Source of the DNA: Nemertoderma westbladi
Lineage: Eukaryota > Animalia > Xenacoelomorpha
NCBI GenBank assembly: GCA_032718475.1
Contig: JAUCBJ010000159.1
Span: 1 to 61,056, forward strand
Length of the DNA: 61,056 bases
Reading direction: 5' to 3'
The translations under genes and the position numbers were made by a program. A model generated the notes under the pieces. The model worked only from the letters and a program-made list of their open reading frames with translations, did not search any database and was not told the origin of the DNA. Positions 27,953 through 40,600 of this stretch are shown here, one piece after another. Within the stretch, counting starts at the first letter, position 1. Each line of letters opens with the position of its first letter.

Positions 27953-28067
27953 ATGCCACGTACTTGTTTAGTATGCAAGTCAAAAGACCATTTGCACCGG
28001 TTTCCTATTGATGTTGCTGTTTGCAATGAATGGAAACAAGCGATTCGTCAGGGGCTGAATACGCCAG
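27953..28067 (+). CDS. THAP/P transposase exon 1 (N-terminal half of the THAP domain)
   Basis: MPRTCLVC...HRFP......W; donor CAG|GTAAG at 28067/28068, phase 1. Confidence 0.85.
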
Positions 28068-28145
28068 GTAAGGATTTTATTATTATATCACGCATAAAAT
28101 GTTCTATGACATGTTATATATTTGGTACTACCGGTACCGGTACAG

Positions 28146-28777
28146 GGCATTACTATGGTATGTATAACCATTTTTTCAAATTTTGTAAATTACATTTATA
28201 TATTAATTTCATTATTAATATTATTATTTATATTAATTTATAAAAAATTATGTTCTAGAACAAATATTTTTTTGTTCTAGAACATTTAAAAAAAAAATCG
28301 GGATTTTATATAAAACGCATGGAATCGTTCTAAAACGTGTTTAAAATCAATAAAAAAATTTTGGAAATTTTTTTTTATTGATTGTAATTTTTAACGTTTT
28401 GCACGTTTTAAAACGATTCCATGCGTTTTAAATAGAAACAATACGTTTTCTAAAAAACGTTCAAGAACAAGAAATATTTTTTCTAGAACATAATTTTTTA
28501 TAAATGAATAATAGCTAAGTTCTGGAACATTTTCTATACAAATAGTAATAAGAACTAGGTACTACAAACTATTTATGGAGGGCGGAAGTAGGATGTTGTA
28601 ACCAGTGTTGAAATTACTAGCTAAACCTACCTAAAACACTAGCTACCATAAAAAAACATATCTACTAATGTTCTAGAACACGTATCAATAATAACAATCA
28701 TAATATGAGTTCAGAAAATATAAAGAAAATGTCATATTAAAATATTGGAAAATGGTTATACATACCATAGTAATGCC
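28146..28777. mobile_element. MITE (Merlin- or Mutator-like) in the transposase intron
   Basis: TIR GGCATTACTATGGTATGTATAACCATTTT / AAAATGGTTATACATACCATAGTAATGCC; 9-bp direct repeat CCGGTACAG at 28137-28145 and 28778-28786; internal inverted arms 28240-28340 vs 28400-28505. Confidence 0.85.
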
Positions 28778-29751
28778 CCGGTACAGTAGTATGGTATGTG
28801 TTGTGTAGGCCTATATCCATGGTACAGCAAATTTAAAAAATGTGTATGTCTTTTTATTTGGTTTTGTTGCATTTTATTATGTTCTAGAACATTGGTGATT
28901 GTTCTAGAACCTTAGTATTCATTTTTTCTGACATCTAGTAGTATTTTTTTCACTAGCTAGTATTTTTGAAAATAAAAAAAATAATATTTTATTTAGTGTT
29001 TTTTTAATATTGGAAAACATTCTAGAATCAATGTTTTCACATTTTTTTATAATTTCAAAAAATAATAGCTAGTTAAAAAAACGGCTATCCGTATGCCACA
29101 TGCGTATGTGTGTATATTCCTTAATCATTGTTACTATGGCTTCAATATTAGTTATAGAACACCATATAAAAGTTATTTAACAATTCTAGAATAAAATAAA
29201 AAATAAAATGATCTAGAACATATAGCTAATTATTTTTTAATTTTAAATTAGCTAGTAATTAAAAAAAAATCAGATTTCAACTTTTAACAATTTATTGCCA
29301 AATATTTCAACATTTTTATAGTTTCAAAAGATGCTCGCTCGTAAAAAAAAAACACTTGCTACCATAAATACAACATATCTACTTATGTTCTATAACACTT
29401 TCCAATAATAAAAATCGAAAAAATAAAAATTTAAATTTAGAAAATGGTCACACAAGCTACACCTATGTTATAAAAATACTAGCTACCTTAAAAATTGCTA
29501 GATACCTGAAACTATAACATTTATAACACTAAATTTAATACCAAATTTTTAAAAATTTTTTTTAAATACTACCGATAGTTATTTAGAAATTATAAATTAG
29601 CTAATAATACAAATTTTTTGAACATTTAATTGATTATTGATTCGAGTTTTTGTATTCAGTAGTAATTAGTTTACATTGCAATGTGAAATAGAAATACTGG
29701 CACGGGCGGAACTCTAGCCATATAAACTATTTTAGATTATTTTTTCGTTAG

Positions 29752-31163
29752 GTCGAGAATTCGATTACGATAAAGATCGAATTTGTAAAGTTCACTTCGA
29801 GCCGAAGGATTTTATGATGAACAGAAATTTGCAGTTTCGAAGTTCCAATCTCAAAAAGGAATCAATTCCATCAATATTTACATTGGTTGGGCCATTACCA
29901 TCCCCACTACGAAAGTCACCAACTAAACGAAAAGTTGATCCAACACTATACAACCTACTCGAAAATAGAAAATTAGTTGAAGAAGACAAATTGGAGTGGC
30001 AGTTGGGAAATATAAAGAAATGGATTGAAGACGAGGATGTTTTTAAGAATAGAGAGGTACATGCGTGTAGGTGTGATGTTGAAAGTGAAGATGGAATTAT
30101 GATTTATGAAATTTCCCCCGAAAATCTAAAACTGAATTACTTCCTTAAGATCTCAACGACGTACTTTATTGTTTCTCAAAATACCTCTAAAATACCCCTC
30201 GTTAATTTTACCTATTTACCACGTAACAAAAGTGGGTATAATAAAGTTCAGAAGAAAAGTGTTTTGCTTAGGCTAATGAATGAGGTCAAGTTTCATTCAT
30301 TGCCTAATTTTGACTCAGATTTCATGGAATTTCTAGACGAGTACCGCAATTATAAAAAGATAGGAATATACCCCAAGAATATCATTAGAAAGTGTCTTAT
30401 GCTACGTTATAAAAGCAGGAATGGATATAAAGAGCTCTTGAAGCTGATGCCGAACCTACCCAGCATTTCATTCTTTGAAAAGTTGACAAGAGGTGATGTA
30501 AAAGTTTATACACTTCTAAAGAGCATTGGTATGGATCAGAATGTTGTAATATACGCGGATGAAATTTACTTACAGAGAGAATCAATATTTAGTGCAGGAG
30601 GTATTATTGAATCACCAAAGACCCTGCTGGATATTATGGTAAGAGCTCTAAGTGGGGGAAATGGAATAATTGTCAAGTCAGTGCCATGTTACGATACATT
30701 AACTGGAGACATGTTGATAAAAGAATTCAAGGAAGTTGTGAAACATTTAAAAGAGGCCGAGTTTCAGCCACGAGTGTTTGTTACTGATGGCCTTTCAGTT
30801 AATGTCAATGCTTACTCAAAGATTATATATGAACCAGAGCTTTGTGATATAATTCCGTTGTTTGATTATAATCACCTCATGAAGAATACACGAAATAACT
30901 TATTTAACACCGGCATTTTTTATCCTCCTGAATTTAAGTGGAGTTATATGAATGACGTATTTCAAATAGGAGCAAATGCTAAAGTGTCGATGTCTGATGT
31001 TCGTATGGTGTATCAGATGGATACAGAGAGAATTAATTGTGATTCTTCAGTCAATCTGCGAAAAGCCCACAAGCTGACATATGCAACAATCAACGTTGGA
31101 AAGCGGAAGCAAAACACCCAGCTTATGCTCAACCTGTACCATGATAGTACTATCGATGCCCTC
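29752..31163 (+). pseudogene. THAP/P transposase exon 2, 5' part (cut by the LTR insertion)
   Basis: Acceptor TTTTTCGTTAG at 29751, phase-compatible with exon 1. Gives RICKVHF...LKKESIPSIF (THAP end), then YADE, VTDG, FDYNHLMKNTRNN and KQN motifs of P transposases. Confidence 0.9.
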
Positions 31164-32372
31164 TGTAAAAGCTTTTGTGGGATAACTGATTCGTTTGCCT
31201 TGTTGGCCAGTTCCCCCCCCAGTCGCTAGAATACTCTCAAAAGGGATCTATAGCTAAAAATAGTGCAAGTTACCAGCTTATTGGCTGATTTGCTGTACGC
31301 AGGCATCTGGGCTCTGTTTAATCGGCCAACAAGCCTAGGGAGGTTGCGTCATAGCCTTGTTTTTGTATCTCCCAATAGAATTTGAGTTAGCCTTGATTTT
31401 GACCTATCACAGAGCTACTGAACTGAAATTTTCCTATCTCACTGCTCTTTCTCTGTGTTGAACGGGAGCTTCGTGGAATAAGGGAGTTGGTATCCTCGTA
31501 TAGAGCAGTAGTCACGAGTTTTTCAAAGCCACGAAAGAACGGCTTTGTAGTGTTTTATGTTTTCTGCTTTTTAGCTCAACACTAGTAGGTTTAATTATAA
31601 GGACATATATCCTTTAACTGCAATTACGCATTTAACTCGCATTTGACGCACCTGACTGATTGTCTTAACTCAAAACAAACTGGCACGATTGATCTGTGAA
31701 TACTGCATACTGCTATTTGTTGTCGGTTATTCATTATATTGGTTGATGAATTATTATATTGGAATAACGAGAAATAACCCCGACACCCAATATTCTTGAT
31801 ATACCGAAGGTAAGAGAGAAAGGTTACCAATAACGATTGTGACTTATGTTAAAGTGGTTTGAAGTGAATCTAATGTTATTTGATAGACCCTACATGAGTC
31901 AGTCTGTGTTCCTTTTATATGTGACTAAAATCAGTGAAGATTGGCAGATTAGTGTGCAGTATTGTGCAGCATTGTGTACGAGTGAGTCTGTTAAAGAAGC
32001 ATTTCCTAAAGAATGCGCCATATATGTGAATTATAATTAAGCCATATCGTTGTGAGTAGTTTAAGTCATAACTCTGTTTATATAGATAAAGCGCCACGTC
32101 CTAAAGGAACTGTTAATATTCCCGAAGGTGAATAATATTGTCAGAGATTATATAATACTGTCAGTCGAATAATACATTAGGCTTACATAGCAATAAAATT
32201 AAACCGTCGAACCCAATCTCCCGGGAATATCCAGCGGGTGAATGGTCGCGCACAGATTGGTTTCGACTAGTGTAGTGAATCAAATACTTGTCATAGGCTA
32301 AAAAGCGATTTAATATCTAGAAGACATCTTAATTTGGCGGGTTAAACTGCCAAAGGTCTGAAAGCGCGAACA
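31164..32372 (+). repeat. 5' LTR (1209 bp)
   Basis: TGTAAAAGC...GCGCGAACA. By eye it differs from the 3' LTR only by one C in a homopolymer and T31619/A51151. Confidence 0.95.
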
Positions 32373-32383
32373 TTAAAGGATAT
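32373..32383 (+). promoter_or_regulatory. Putative primer-binding site, non-tRNA type (TTAAAGGATAT)
   Basis: Directly abuts the 5' LTR, lacks TGG, and is the exact complement of ATATCCTTTAA at 31607-31617 in the LTR. Confidence 0.55.
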
Positions 32384-32439
32384 TGCTTCTTTATTGCAGT
32401 AAGCAATAAAGTTGAAAGTACCGGTCAACCGGTAAACCT

Positions 32440-34500
32440 GAACCGGTACATCTGTAGGTCAGTAGGCCCAACTGCCAGAACCGGTACTGCCGTAGGTCCG
32501 TAGGTCCAACTGCCAGAACCGGTACTTCTGTAGGTCCGTAGGCCTAGCTGTCCTAACCGGTACTTCCGTATAAGTACATTAGTATTATTCGATTTGATTG
32601 TTGTATACCGGTAGGCTGTTTAAGGGATTAGGGATTGATCACCCCTTATTCCTTTATATGGTTTACTTATTTCTGTCAAGTTTTATTTGTTTGTAGGCCA
32701 GTATTGAACAGAAGGCGTGTAAGCCTGATCAGATTGTACAGACAATTTGTAGGCTGAGCTGTTGTCTGATTGCTGTTAAGTCTGAACGGATTGCAGTGTG
32801 TGTAGATCACCTGTCCGATTAAGTACGGTTAGGAAGTAGGGGCAGCGAATGCTGTAAGGTAAACCCCCAACTAAAGAATAAGTCGTACTACTGGGTTAGA
32901 ACGCATACTCCCTAATCATTTCGGAGTCTGCATGTCCTGTAGTTTATTTAGGCTTGAGAGTAGTCTGCCATCGTTGAGTCTGTACTTTGTTTGTGTAAGT
33001 CTGTACGGGTAGCGTATAATATTTATTTAAATAATTCGTAGGCTGGATAGTTGTCTGGCTGTTATTAGGTCTGAACGGATTGCAGTGTGTGTAGATCATT
33101 TGTCCGATTAAGTACGGTTAGGAAGTAGGGGCAGCGAACGCTGTAAGGTAAACCCCCAACTAAAGAATAAGTCGTACTACTGGGTTAGAACGCATACTCC
33201 CTAATCATTTCGGAGTCTGCATGTCCTGTAGTTTGTTTAGGCTTGATAGTAGTCTGTCAGTGTTCGGTCTGCATTTTGTTTGAGTAGTTTGTACGCGTAG
33301 CGTAATATTTATTATTCAGAGTTTATGCGATTATCCGCAACATTCATTCCCCAAGTTTGTTCCTACAGTAATTGTGTTTGTTATACATACCGCTATAGTT
33401 AAATTAACCCCGGTACTACACGGGCTGCTTGGCGTAGGTAAAGACTGGTGATTTTGTGCATCGGTCACTCCAGCAGATGCCGTGGTTCTTTTAGCTGTTC
33501 AAGTATATTTAACTACTGATTATCTGTTATACAAGTACTCGTACCTAATTTAGGGTTTAGTGTACAGTACTTTCCGAAGTAATTAGTGTAGACATTATAT
33601 TTGTGTTGTAAAGTGGTTGATAGGCACTTTCGATTAGCTCTATTAACTTCTAGGTAGGAACACTCCGTGATACATAACGTAGAACCTATAGCGATACGGC
33701 TATAGGTCGTCAGGCGGTGGTATTTTTCTATCTGGACAACGCAGTGTATTTACTACTACTTATTATTTCAAATACCGTAGTACCCTGTCCGTTGTAATAA
33801 CCAGTTTTCTGACCCTTTGTTAGGCTGGTTTGTAGACTTCTTGTAAAATTACCCTAAAAATTCGTATTTTGTGTTTTTTGTAAATTTTTGTGTTTATTTA
33901 GAGATTGTCATCTCACCCGAATTGTACGTAATTTGTAGTATTAAGTAACTTAGGTAAATTAGTATTATTTGTTTTAGTGTCCTATAAGTAACACTTCACT
34001 GAAAGCGCACCGCTTTGTGTAGTGATTACTCCCCAGAAATAATAACATTTATTTCAAACATTGACTAAACCCATTAAAACGGGTATATATATATTATAAA
34101 TCAAATCTAACGATTTATAAATAGTAGGCCTACCATACAACCATTAGGTCTTAATATCAGTTGGATTACTGCTCAAATAACGGTAGTAAAGTAAGTAAAG
34201 TAACCAAGTAACCCTAAAATACAGAAATTCAATTATTTAAAATAATTGACATACCGGTATTTACGATAGGCCTATTATCTTTATTTCTATAAATTTAGGC
34301 TGAAATTATACCGGTACTTTATAATTAATTCTAGTCCAGAATTATAATTATATATACTACAAAACTGTAAGCTGTATACCGGTATTCCCGATAGGCCTAT
34401 TATATATTTATATACATTTGTGCTAAAATTATACCGGTATTCTGTGATAAACCTAGTCTGTAATAATACTTATATATACTATAAGCATACCGGTATTTAA
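32440..34500. repeat. Repeats in the 2.26-kb leader: 38-bp x3.5 (32440-32570), 289-bp x2 (~32745-33315) and ATACCGGTA-containing units (34250-34500)
   Basis: GAACCGGTAC at 32440, 32478 and 32516; TCTGAACGGATTGCAG at 32781 and 33070. Confidence 0.85.
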
Positions 34501-34630
34501 TATATTATATATATCACGCTACACTGAGTAGCAGTATCGGTAATTAATTACTAGGCTAGCAGTTAATACTGAATTACTAGACTTGCTTAGACTGTAATAT
34601 AGCAGTAGGCATTCAACTGTACTCACAAAT

Positions 34631-37600
34631 ATGTCTGATACTAAGCAGAACCTGTCAGACAGTCTATTAGATGTAACTATCTGCGACTCAGATAGAGGTG
34701 TAGAACCCTCTAGTCGTAAGTTCAGTTCACCTCCCACTGTGAGGAAGGTCATCCCTCCAGTAGTAATAACAGAACCTAGGCTAGTCCAACATCGTAGGTC
34801 TATCATAGGCACTCGAGCTCAGGTCAAGCGGGACCAAGAAGCAGCGGAACAGCAACAACCCGCGAGTCAAGAACTTATTCCTCAGCGGCCCAGCAGCTCC
34901 AGTAGTGAGGATACTGTAGAGCTGACACCCGAGCGCGGAGCAGAGATGACGGATGCGGTTTATACGGATCCCCTTCTCATCCTTCCTGCAGCCGTACTCA
35001 CTAGGTTATTGATCGCGGTGGAAGAACACCAGATCGATTGGGCGAGAAGTCAACGGACAACTAGAGATAGTTACGCGGGATACACGAGTGAAGAACTGAA
35101 GTCCATTGTCGAGTCGCAATGGAACTTTCCCGGACCCGGACTCCCGTTTGATTTATCAGAAGCTGCCTGGGAAGACATACACCGGATGGGAGTAGCCAAG
35201 GAAACCATCGATCCAGCTGTATGGAAGAGGTCCGCAGCCGGATACGCACAGGGATTCTTCAGCTCTATGGAGCGAGTAGAAAGACAACTGTTTAAACAAC
35301 CTCAAGGACCTCAAGAGCAGGGACAGCTGCTTTATCAAGTTAGAGAAAGAGTTCTGCGAATTAGGCTAATCTTATCCGCCTTTGAGGAGGCTTCTAAAAG
35401 AAGACAAGACACTTCGTTGCAAGTTGCCGTAAAGACTTGGCTTCAAAGGGTGAGACGCCAGGTTCAAGGAGCAGCTCAGTGGAAAGCTCAGTTGGAGGAG
35501 CGCTCAACACATGGAGAATCGACGGACGCTACTTTTTCCCAAGTGGAAAGTGAAGCGACGGCAGAGAAACCGCATAAGAAGGATGCCATTGATATCTATC
35601 TGTCAGACTATCAGCGTTTTTTGGGAGATGAAGAGTTGAGGAGAAGGCTAGAGGGACTTAGCCCTAATAGTGAAGGAGCCAAACTTGTGTTGGATGCGAT
35701 TGATGTGGATAGGTTAGCGGCGAACCAAGCTAAATTCGATGAACAACTCCGCATCGCTAGAGAAAAGGAAGAACAAGTAAGGAAAAAACGTATAGAAGAT
35801 AGAAAGACAGCAGCAGCGGCAGTGGCAGCGGCAGAAGCGGAAAGAAAGGCAGCAGAGGCAGCGGCAGAGGCAAAAGCGGCAGCTGCAGCCGTAGAAGCGG
35901 AAAGGAAAGCGGCAGCGGCAGAGGCAAAAGCGGCAGCTGCAGCCGTAGAAGCGGAAAGGAAAGCGGCAGCGGCAGAAGCGGAAAGAAAGATAGCAGTGGC
36001 AGAAGCAGAACGGAGGGCATCTGAAGAGACAACCCAACTAGAGTTGGAAAATCTTCAAGAGAGGCAAGATAACTTTAATAAACAGTTAACAGCTAGTAAT
36101 ATGCAGATGATGAATCGATCTACTCCCAAACGACAAGGTTATACATCATCTGAGGAAGGCGATACCACCGACACTGAAGGCGGAGGAAATCGATCCCGCC
36201 TAAGCAGACGTAAAAGAACATTCCACCGTCAGAAATTGCCTGATTTGCCTCCAGCTGTTAGAAGGCAACTAAATAACACCAACTTAGAGAGTACAGAACC
36301 CACAGACCAAATAATTACAATAGAAAGACTCCCTACTATAGTAGATGAGCCTGAAATAAGTAGGCCTGTTCTTGAAATCACCCCTTCGGTAATAGATACA
36401 CCTGTGCTCCCTGAAGCTACCTATAAATTCCCTCTGCATAGCACTAAGCTACCTGTGCCCCGTAGAACTGCCCAGGAGACAGTTCAGGTCCTGGACCCCG
36501 AGCGAAATATTCCAAATTTGTCGCCCGTTGTCCCTCGTCTGCCCGCTACGACGTTGGCGGATCCCGTTTCGGCGGTTGATTGGGTAGACGAGAGACGGCG
36601 GGGGATGGATATTCTCCTAGGAGAGATGAAGGAGAATCGGATACGCTCTTCCCAACAGGTCCGAGAGTTGGAAGGGACTGTCCAACATTTAAAAGGAACA
36701 GTGAGGGAAAGTAAGTTAGAGTTGCAAGAAGTGCAGCAAAGTATCGCGTTAGAACGCGATAAATTAGTAAATTTACAAAAGGGTATACCACCACCCCCTG
36801 TAACAATGTGTCAACCCGTTAGGTCTGAAGTATCTCATGCGCAAGGTGTGGAGCCTACACGCATTTATACTGCTAGCGAAGTAGAAACTCCTATAGTGAA
36901 CCCTATTAAGGGTAATTATAGACCTGTTGATAATGATATTCCCTATAGAACTGATCATAATCCGAGAAATTTATATACCGATAATTCGATATTAAATAAC
37001 ACGATGGCCCAAGAAAGTTTTACGCGTCAAATGGCTAGAACCGAAGCCCGGCAAGCGGTAAAGGTTGGAGAGATCGTCAAGTTCAATGGAGATGAGATGA
37101 AATGGTTACCTTTTAATGAATATTACAAAGATAACATACAGAACTCTGTACTATCTAATGGAGAAAAACTTAGATACCTCATCGAGTGCTTGGAAGGATC
37201 TCCCAAGTTAATGGCGTTAAAGTTTATTGGACATCCAGACGGATTAAGACAAGTTTGGGATACACTAAACATCAGGTATGGTAATAGGAATAATATCGCT
37301 GGGTACTTGTATGCAAAGTTAGTAGCGCCCCGAAAGTTTATTAGTAGCGGAATTATCGAGTTTTCCGATGAGATCCAGGAGATCTGCAGACAATTAGATT
37401 GGCTAGGTAAGTCTCATGAGTATCAGAACACTATGGTTATTAGAGCAGTGGCTTCTACTTTACCTAAAGGTGGAGTAGGTACACGCTGGGATAAGAAAGT
37501 GTTATATATGATGGAACAACAACGGCGAGACCCTACCATGGCTGATCTCATGTCATTCCTAGATGGAGAAGTGAAATTACAGCTCCTGAAACTGTCCAGA

Positions 37601-40600
37601 GAGAAGACACCGGAAAGCAAGGTAAGTGAAAAACCCGTCTCTAGGAGAAAGGTAACACCAGTATGTTATACAGACGACGGTGAAAGCCAGACTTCTCAAG
37701 GAGAAGATAGCGGGAAAGACACGGATAGATCTTATTACGTGAATAAAATGCCTAAAGATCAGGTAAGTAAATTCAAGTCTCGAACAAATGACAGGAGGGA
37801 ACAGGTAAGAAAAACTCCTCCCACGTCTCCCAAGAGAATTCAGGTGAGAAAGCCCGAAGAAAAGGCAAGTGTACACAATGTGACTCAAAATAAGGTAAGT
37901 AACATCAAACCGAAATGTGCGCTGTGCGACGGGACCCACCATTTGAATAGGTGTGATGAATTTCTAAAGAAATCATTAACAGAGAGACGCGAAGTCATGT
38001 GGGATAAGCGGTTATGTTATAATTGCCTCAGACAAGGACACCAACGGCGAACCTGTTTCTCTGACATAAGGTGTGCAAAGTGTGGTGCGAAACATCATAT
38101 CTTGTTGCACGCTGAATTCGATCGAAATAGTCCGAATCAGGTAAGTGATTCCGAGCTACATGTCCAATTCAGTGATGTGAACGACACTGATCAATCTGAG
38201 ATGGAAGGATTCTATACAGACGAGTTCTCCGACGAAAACGAATCCTGTTACATGATAAATACCGCAGTGTATCGAGCACTCACATATGAAAAGGATCCAG
38301 ATAACGACTTTACTCTAACTACTTCTGAGCGACAACCATCTTGGAAAGAGCCATCTTCCAATGTAGGGATCCGAGAGTTTCCTGTGGTGCAAGTAAGGGT
38401 TCACGGACCTAAGAGGAGTTATGTAGTGAACGCCCTCCTGGACTCCGGCAGCACAGGAACATTCATCGATAAAGAGTTAGCCGAAGATATATTTGCTGGA
38501 CAACCCAAGTTCCAAACTAAGCTCAACATGTCAGGCATTATGCAAGTTTGGAAATCTACAATAACACCTGATTATTATGTAGGAGCGTTGTCCACCCCCC
38601 AAGACGAACTAGGAGAACACAGCATAAGGTCAGTGAAAATGGTGGCTATAAAGAACTTCGCTACTACTCAAGCAGACCTTTATAATTGGGACGAGGATGA
38701 GAGCATCCAACATCTTAACATACCTCGATTCCAGACTGAATATCCTGGAGTGCAAATACTCATCGGCCAAAACGCGCATGAGGCGCTGGAGACGTTAGAG
38801 AAACGGCCTGCTCAACCGCAGCCCCTACAGACCTATGCGGTGAGAACTAGAGTAGGTTGGTACTTTACTGGCCCTTCCCGTAGAACACTCCGAGAAAGAC
38901 TACCGCCGGAGAGCGTATGCCAGGTGAGTGAATGGGAAGATGATACCAGTGAGGGAGACAACTCAACTGAGGGAATTCCATACTCCTCAGATAATGACGA
39001 CGTTCACCAGCTTTTTGATGAGGAGAATACCATCGATCTCCTTAAGGAAAACGAGGCTTGGCAAAACCAAGTAAACTTATGTCAACTTCTCTATCCATCT
39101 GAACGAGAAGCTTATAACGACGAGTTAAATGACGTCATTGAGCGTTGTAATGCCAAGACTCGAGATGAACATGCTGTACGATTCTTTACGCAAGAGGCGG
39201 TAGAGCCCAATTCCTACGATAAAGCCTTGTCGGTGGAAGAGGAAAGGGCCAAGCAGATCCAAGAGACGACTACACGTTTCATCAAAGATCAAGGTAGGTA
39301 TGAAGTCGGTTTACCTTTTCGCAAGAGAGAACCGAAGTTCATCAATAACAGACCCCTGGCGGAAAAAAGAATCGCGCAACTCCATCGACGCCTTACAGCT
39401 AATTCTTCAGCTAAAGCAATGTATCAAACACAGCTGGAAAAATTTATTAGTAAGGGATACGCGGAGAGGGTACCGGAAGAAACACCTGTGACTGAAAGAA
39501 CGTATTATTTAACTCACCATTACGTTCCTAAACCCGGTAAACCAAATGAAGTGAGAGTAGTGTTTGATGGCTCCGCTCTTTACATGGGTCAATCCCTTAA
39601 CTCTGAATTGTTACCCGGACCCAACTTGCTTCAATCTTTGTTGGGAATTCTTTTAAGATTGAGACAATATTCGATTGCTTTCGCCTCCGATATAGAAGGC
39701 ATGTTCTTACAAGTCAAGGTGTTAGATAGGGATCGAGATAGTCTACGATTTCTGTGGTGGCCCGAAGGAGACCTCAACCAGAAACCGGTGGAGTACTGGA
39801 TGACCATCCAGGCCTTTGGGATAATCTCAAGCCCTTCCAACGCCTGTTCGGTAGTGCGTACTACTGCAGAGGACAACAGAGAGGCCTTCTCTAAGGAAGT
39901 GATCGACAACATCAAGAGAGACATATACATGGACGACAATCTGAAGTCCCTTCCATCAGTTGAGGAAGCCATTGAGGTCGCTAAGGGAACGGTAGAGTGC
40001 TTAAAAAGAGGTGGGTTTCGATTAACCAAATTCACCAGCAACTCCCGTGAGTTTCTGGAGTCGATCCCTGCGGAAGATCGCGGAGCGAAAGATCTCGATT
40101 TGATCAAAGATGATCTGCCAGAAACCAAGACACTCGGCTTGAAATGGGACACAGAGAGAGATATCCTGTTTTTCCAACTAAAACAGCGAGATAATCCTGT
40201 TCGAACCAAACGGATTTGCTTAAGTATACTGAGCACTTATTTCGATCCATTGGGATTTATTAGCCCAGTTATATTGATTGCTCGTAGTTTGGTACAACAA
40301 ATGTGGCTTGAAAACCACTCATGGGACGATCCACTTAAGGGGGAATTATTGAAGCAGTGGATGAAATGGGAAGATTCTCTGCCAGATATCGAGGATTTTA
40401 TAATTTCCCGTTCATATTTTGGTCATGTTCTCCCTACGTATTCCTATCAACTCCATGTGTTTGGAGACGCCAGCGATATGGGAATCGGTATAGTAGCCTA
40501 CCTAAGAGTGGAAACTCCGGATGGAATCAAAGTCGCCTTGGTTACTTCTAAGGCATTAATCAACAACAAGTTGAAAGTTCCTCGAGCGGAGTTAAAGGCG

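Noticed and set aside
27953-28243. Stand-alone 96-aa THAP protein
   Set aside because: The THAP motif is completed only by splicing at 28067 to 29752; the rest of the ORF is intron and MITE sequence.
31164-31229. C-terminus of the 471-aa ORF (CKSFCG...PPSR)
   Set aside because: Read-through into the LTR; the true frame resumes at 51910.
31846-32097. Small ORFs repeated in all three LTRs
   Set aside because: Only 60-64 aa with no recognisable motif; their recurrence is explained by LTR homology.
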